Source: Marinobacter nauticus (GTDB lineage Bacteria > Pseudomonadota > Gammaproteobacteria > Enterobacterales > Shewanellaceae). Taken from it: 24,000 bases of DNA. The position numbers and the translations under genes were made by a program. The stretch is from positions 74,872 to 98,871 of the forward strand of contig JAHVJZ010000010.1 in the NCBI GenBank assembly GCA_019801015.1. The letters run 5' to 3'. Below, piece by piece: positions 22,706 to 24,000 of the stretch (the stretch's first letter is position 1; the number at the start of each line of letters is the position of its first letter). A model generated the notes under the pieces. The model saw only the letters and a program-made list of their open reading frames with translations, did not search any database and was not told where the DNA came from.

Positions 22706-24000
22706 GAGGCGTTATCCTGCAACAGGCCACGCCTGGCAAAGCGTGCCCGGACCATCGCCAGTGGCAGGTTGCCGCTGGTCAGCACTTCCCGGTGGAAGGC
22801 CCGGTCCCGCTCCAGCTCAGTGCCGTCGTGTTTGAAGTCGCGTTTAAGCTGCCACATCAGCACATTGCCCACCAGATAGCTCAACGGGTAGCCCGCTTCC
22901 TGGGAGTACCAGTTCAGCTCTGCCTGAACCCGGCCATCGGTAAAGCCGGTGACGGCCTTCAACAGACGCCCGGCGTTGATAAAGGGATCGTCGCTGTCGG
23001 TGGTCACCGGGTAGCCGATCTCCAGGTAGTGGGGCTGGCCGGTCATAAAGTAGAGGTCGATGGCGACGCGGGCGCTGATGCGGCTGATGTCCCGCTTGGC
23101 AATAAAGCGGGCTTCGTCGGTCAAATCGCCCATGTAGCCGAGGTCCAGCATGTAGTCTTCCAGCATGGTGGTCCAGCCTTCGGCCAGCTCCATGGCCGGG
23201 AACACCCGTCGAACCAGGCTGTCGTGGCCGGACGCGGTGGCCAGTTGCAGGTGATGACCGGGGATCCCTTCGTGGATCATCATCACCGGAATGCCCAGTT
23301 CGGTGTGTTCGTCCAACAGCGATTCAGACAGGGTCAGGTAGATCTGGCTGACTTTGGTGCCCGCCGCCAGTGCAGCGGGTTGCATCATCGCCCCGGCGGG
23401 GATCATCGGCGCCATAAACTCCGGCGTGCGCATGATGGTCATCGCCTGATCGCCGGGGATCTCAAACAACCGTTGGGCGTCAATAAAGCTCAGAATCCGT
23501 TCCGCTTCCTGCTGATATCGCTCAATCACCGATTGCAGGCGACCCTCCGGGACAGACACGGCAAACTCCCGGTTGAGGTACTGATGCAGGTCATCCTGGG
23601 AGATGTCCGGATCAAGGCTATGTTTGGCCGCCAGTCGTTGCCGGGTTTGCTCCAGCACCGAGAGGGTGTCCTGCACAAAGGCGCGGGTGTGGCTGTGGAT
23701 CGCTTCCAGGCTGAGGTTGATACCGGACAGCGCCACCAGCTGGCGGGCGTCGGCTTCGCCAAGGGTGAAGTCCTGCTCAGTGGGCAGCGCAGTCAGGCCC
23801 CGGAGGTAGTGCTGAATCGCTTCATTGGCCGCGCCGATGTGCTGCGCCAGCGCGTCCTGCCGGGCGTAGCCGGTCGAACGGGCCCAGTCTGCGATGGTGC
23901 TGAACAGGCCCGGCAACTCCTCAAGGGTTTCCTGTTCAATGCTGACCCAGCGCGCGATGGGGCGCTCAAGCCGGGTGAGGGTAGCGTCAAGCAGGGCTGG
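22702..24000 (-). CDS. DUF885-family protein (metallopeptidase-like), C-terminal 432 aa; N-terminus beyond window end
   Basis: Contains the HEGIPGHHLQ motif typical of DUF885. Hand translation shows the frame stays open from 23916 to 24000 (..PALLDATLTRLERPIARWVSIEQETLEELPGLF..), so the track's TTG start is internal. Confidence 0.8.
   Translation of the reverse strand, partial: PALLDATLTRLERPIARWVSIEQETLEELPGLFSTIADWARSTGYARQDALAQHIGAANEAIQHYLRGLTALPTEQDFTLGEADARQLVALSGINLSLEAIHSHTRAFVQDTLSVLEQTRQRLAAKHSLDPDISQDDLHQYLNREFAVSVPEGRLQSVIERYQQEAERILSFIDAQRLFEIPGDQAMTIMRTPEFMAPMIPAGAMMQPAALAAGTKVSQIYLTLSESLLDEHTELGIPVMMIHEGIPGHHLQLATASGHDSLVRRVFPAMELAEGWTTMLEDYMLDLGYMGDLTDEARFIAKRDISRISARVAIDLYFMTGQPHYLEIGYPVTTDSDDPFINAGRLLKAVTGFTDGRVQAELNWYSQEAGYPLSYLVGNVLMWQLKRDFKHDGTELERDRAFHREVLTSGNLPLAMVRARFARRGLLQDNAS

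Overview
This window looks like a gammaproteobacterial chromosome segment; the taxon cannot be fixed from sequence alone. It has an accessory left two-thirds and a housekeeping-like right third.

(1) 1-3810 is the right-hand end of an integrated island. It carries a tightly packed three-gene recombinase module on the minus strand: a 476-aa canonical tyrosine recombinase, a 614-aa divergent recombinase-like protein, and a third gene that runs off the window.

(2) The island abuts two ~260-bp imperfect direct repeats (3811-4078 and 5399-5657). Each is the 3' part of an HNH-nuclease gene yajD plus its terminator. They bracket a 1.6-kb AT-rich, recombinase-less mini-island that encodes one secreted beta-helix-like protein. 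I read this as tandem island accretion at the yajD 3' end.

(3) Next comes a canonical AHL-type LuxR with no luxI in the window. It is divergent from a translationally coupled lipoprotein operon, and a perfect 18-bp lux-box-like palindrome sits between them.

(4) Convergent on that operon is a 1606-aa lipoprotein. It is built from 157-aa (471-bp) Asp/Gly/Asn-rich tandem modules plus an AT-richer C-terminal domain.

(5) An unusual 92-nt tRNA-like gene has two consecutive anticodon-arm-like hairpins. It is flanked by about 300 nt of GC-rich structured non-coding DNA.

(6) The right third holds ordinary-looking genes: a secreted CX5R phosphatase-like protein with a divergent TetR, a PH-domain membrane protein, a LysR with a divergent crotonase-family enzyme, nhaA, and a coupled DUF885-DUF482 pair.

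I saw no CRISPR array, rRNA, or recognisable defence or toxin-antitoxin genes. All functional calls come from motif recognition by eye on the supplied translations; no database search was possible.
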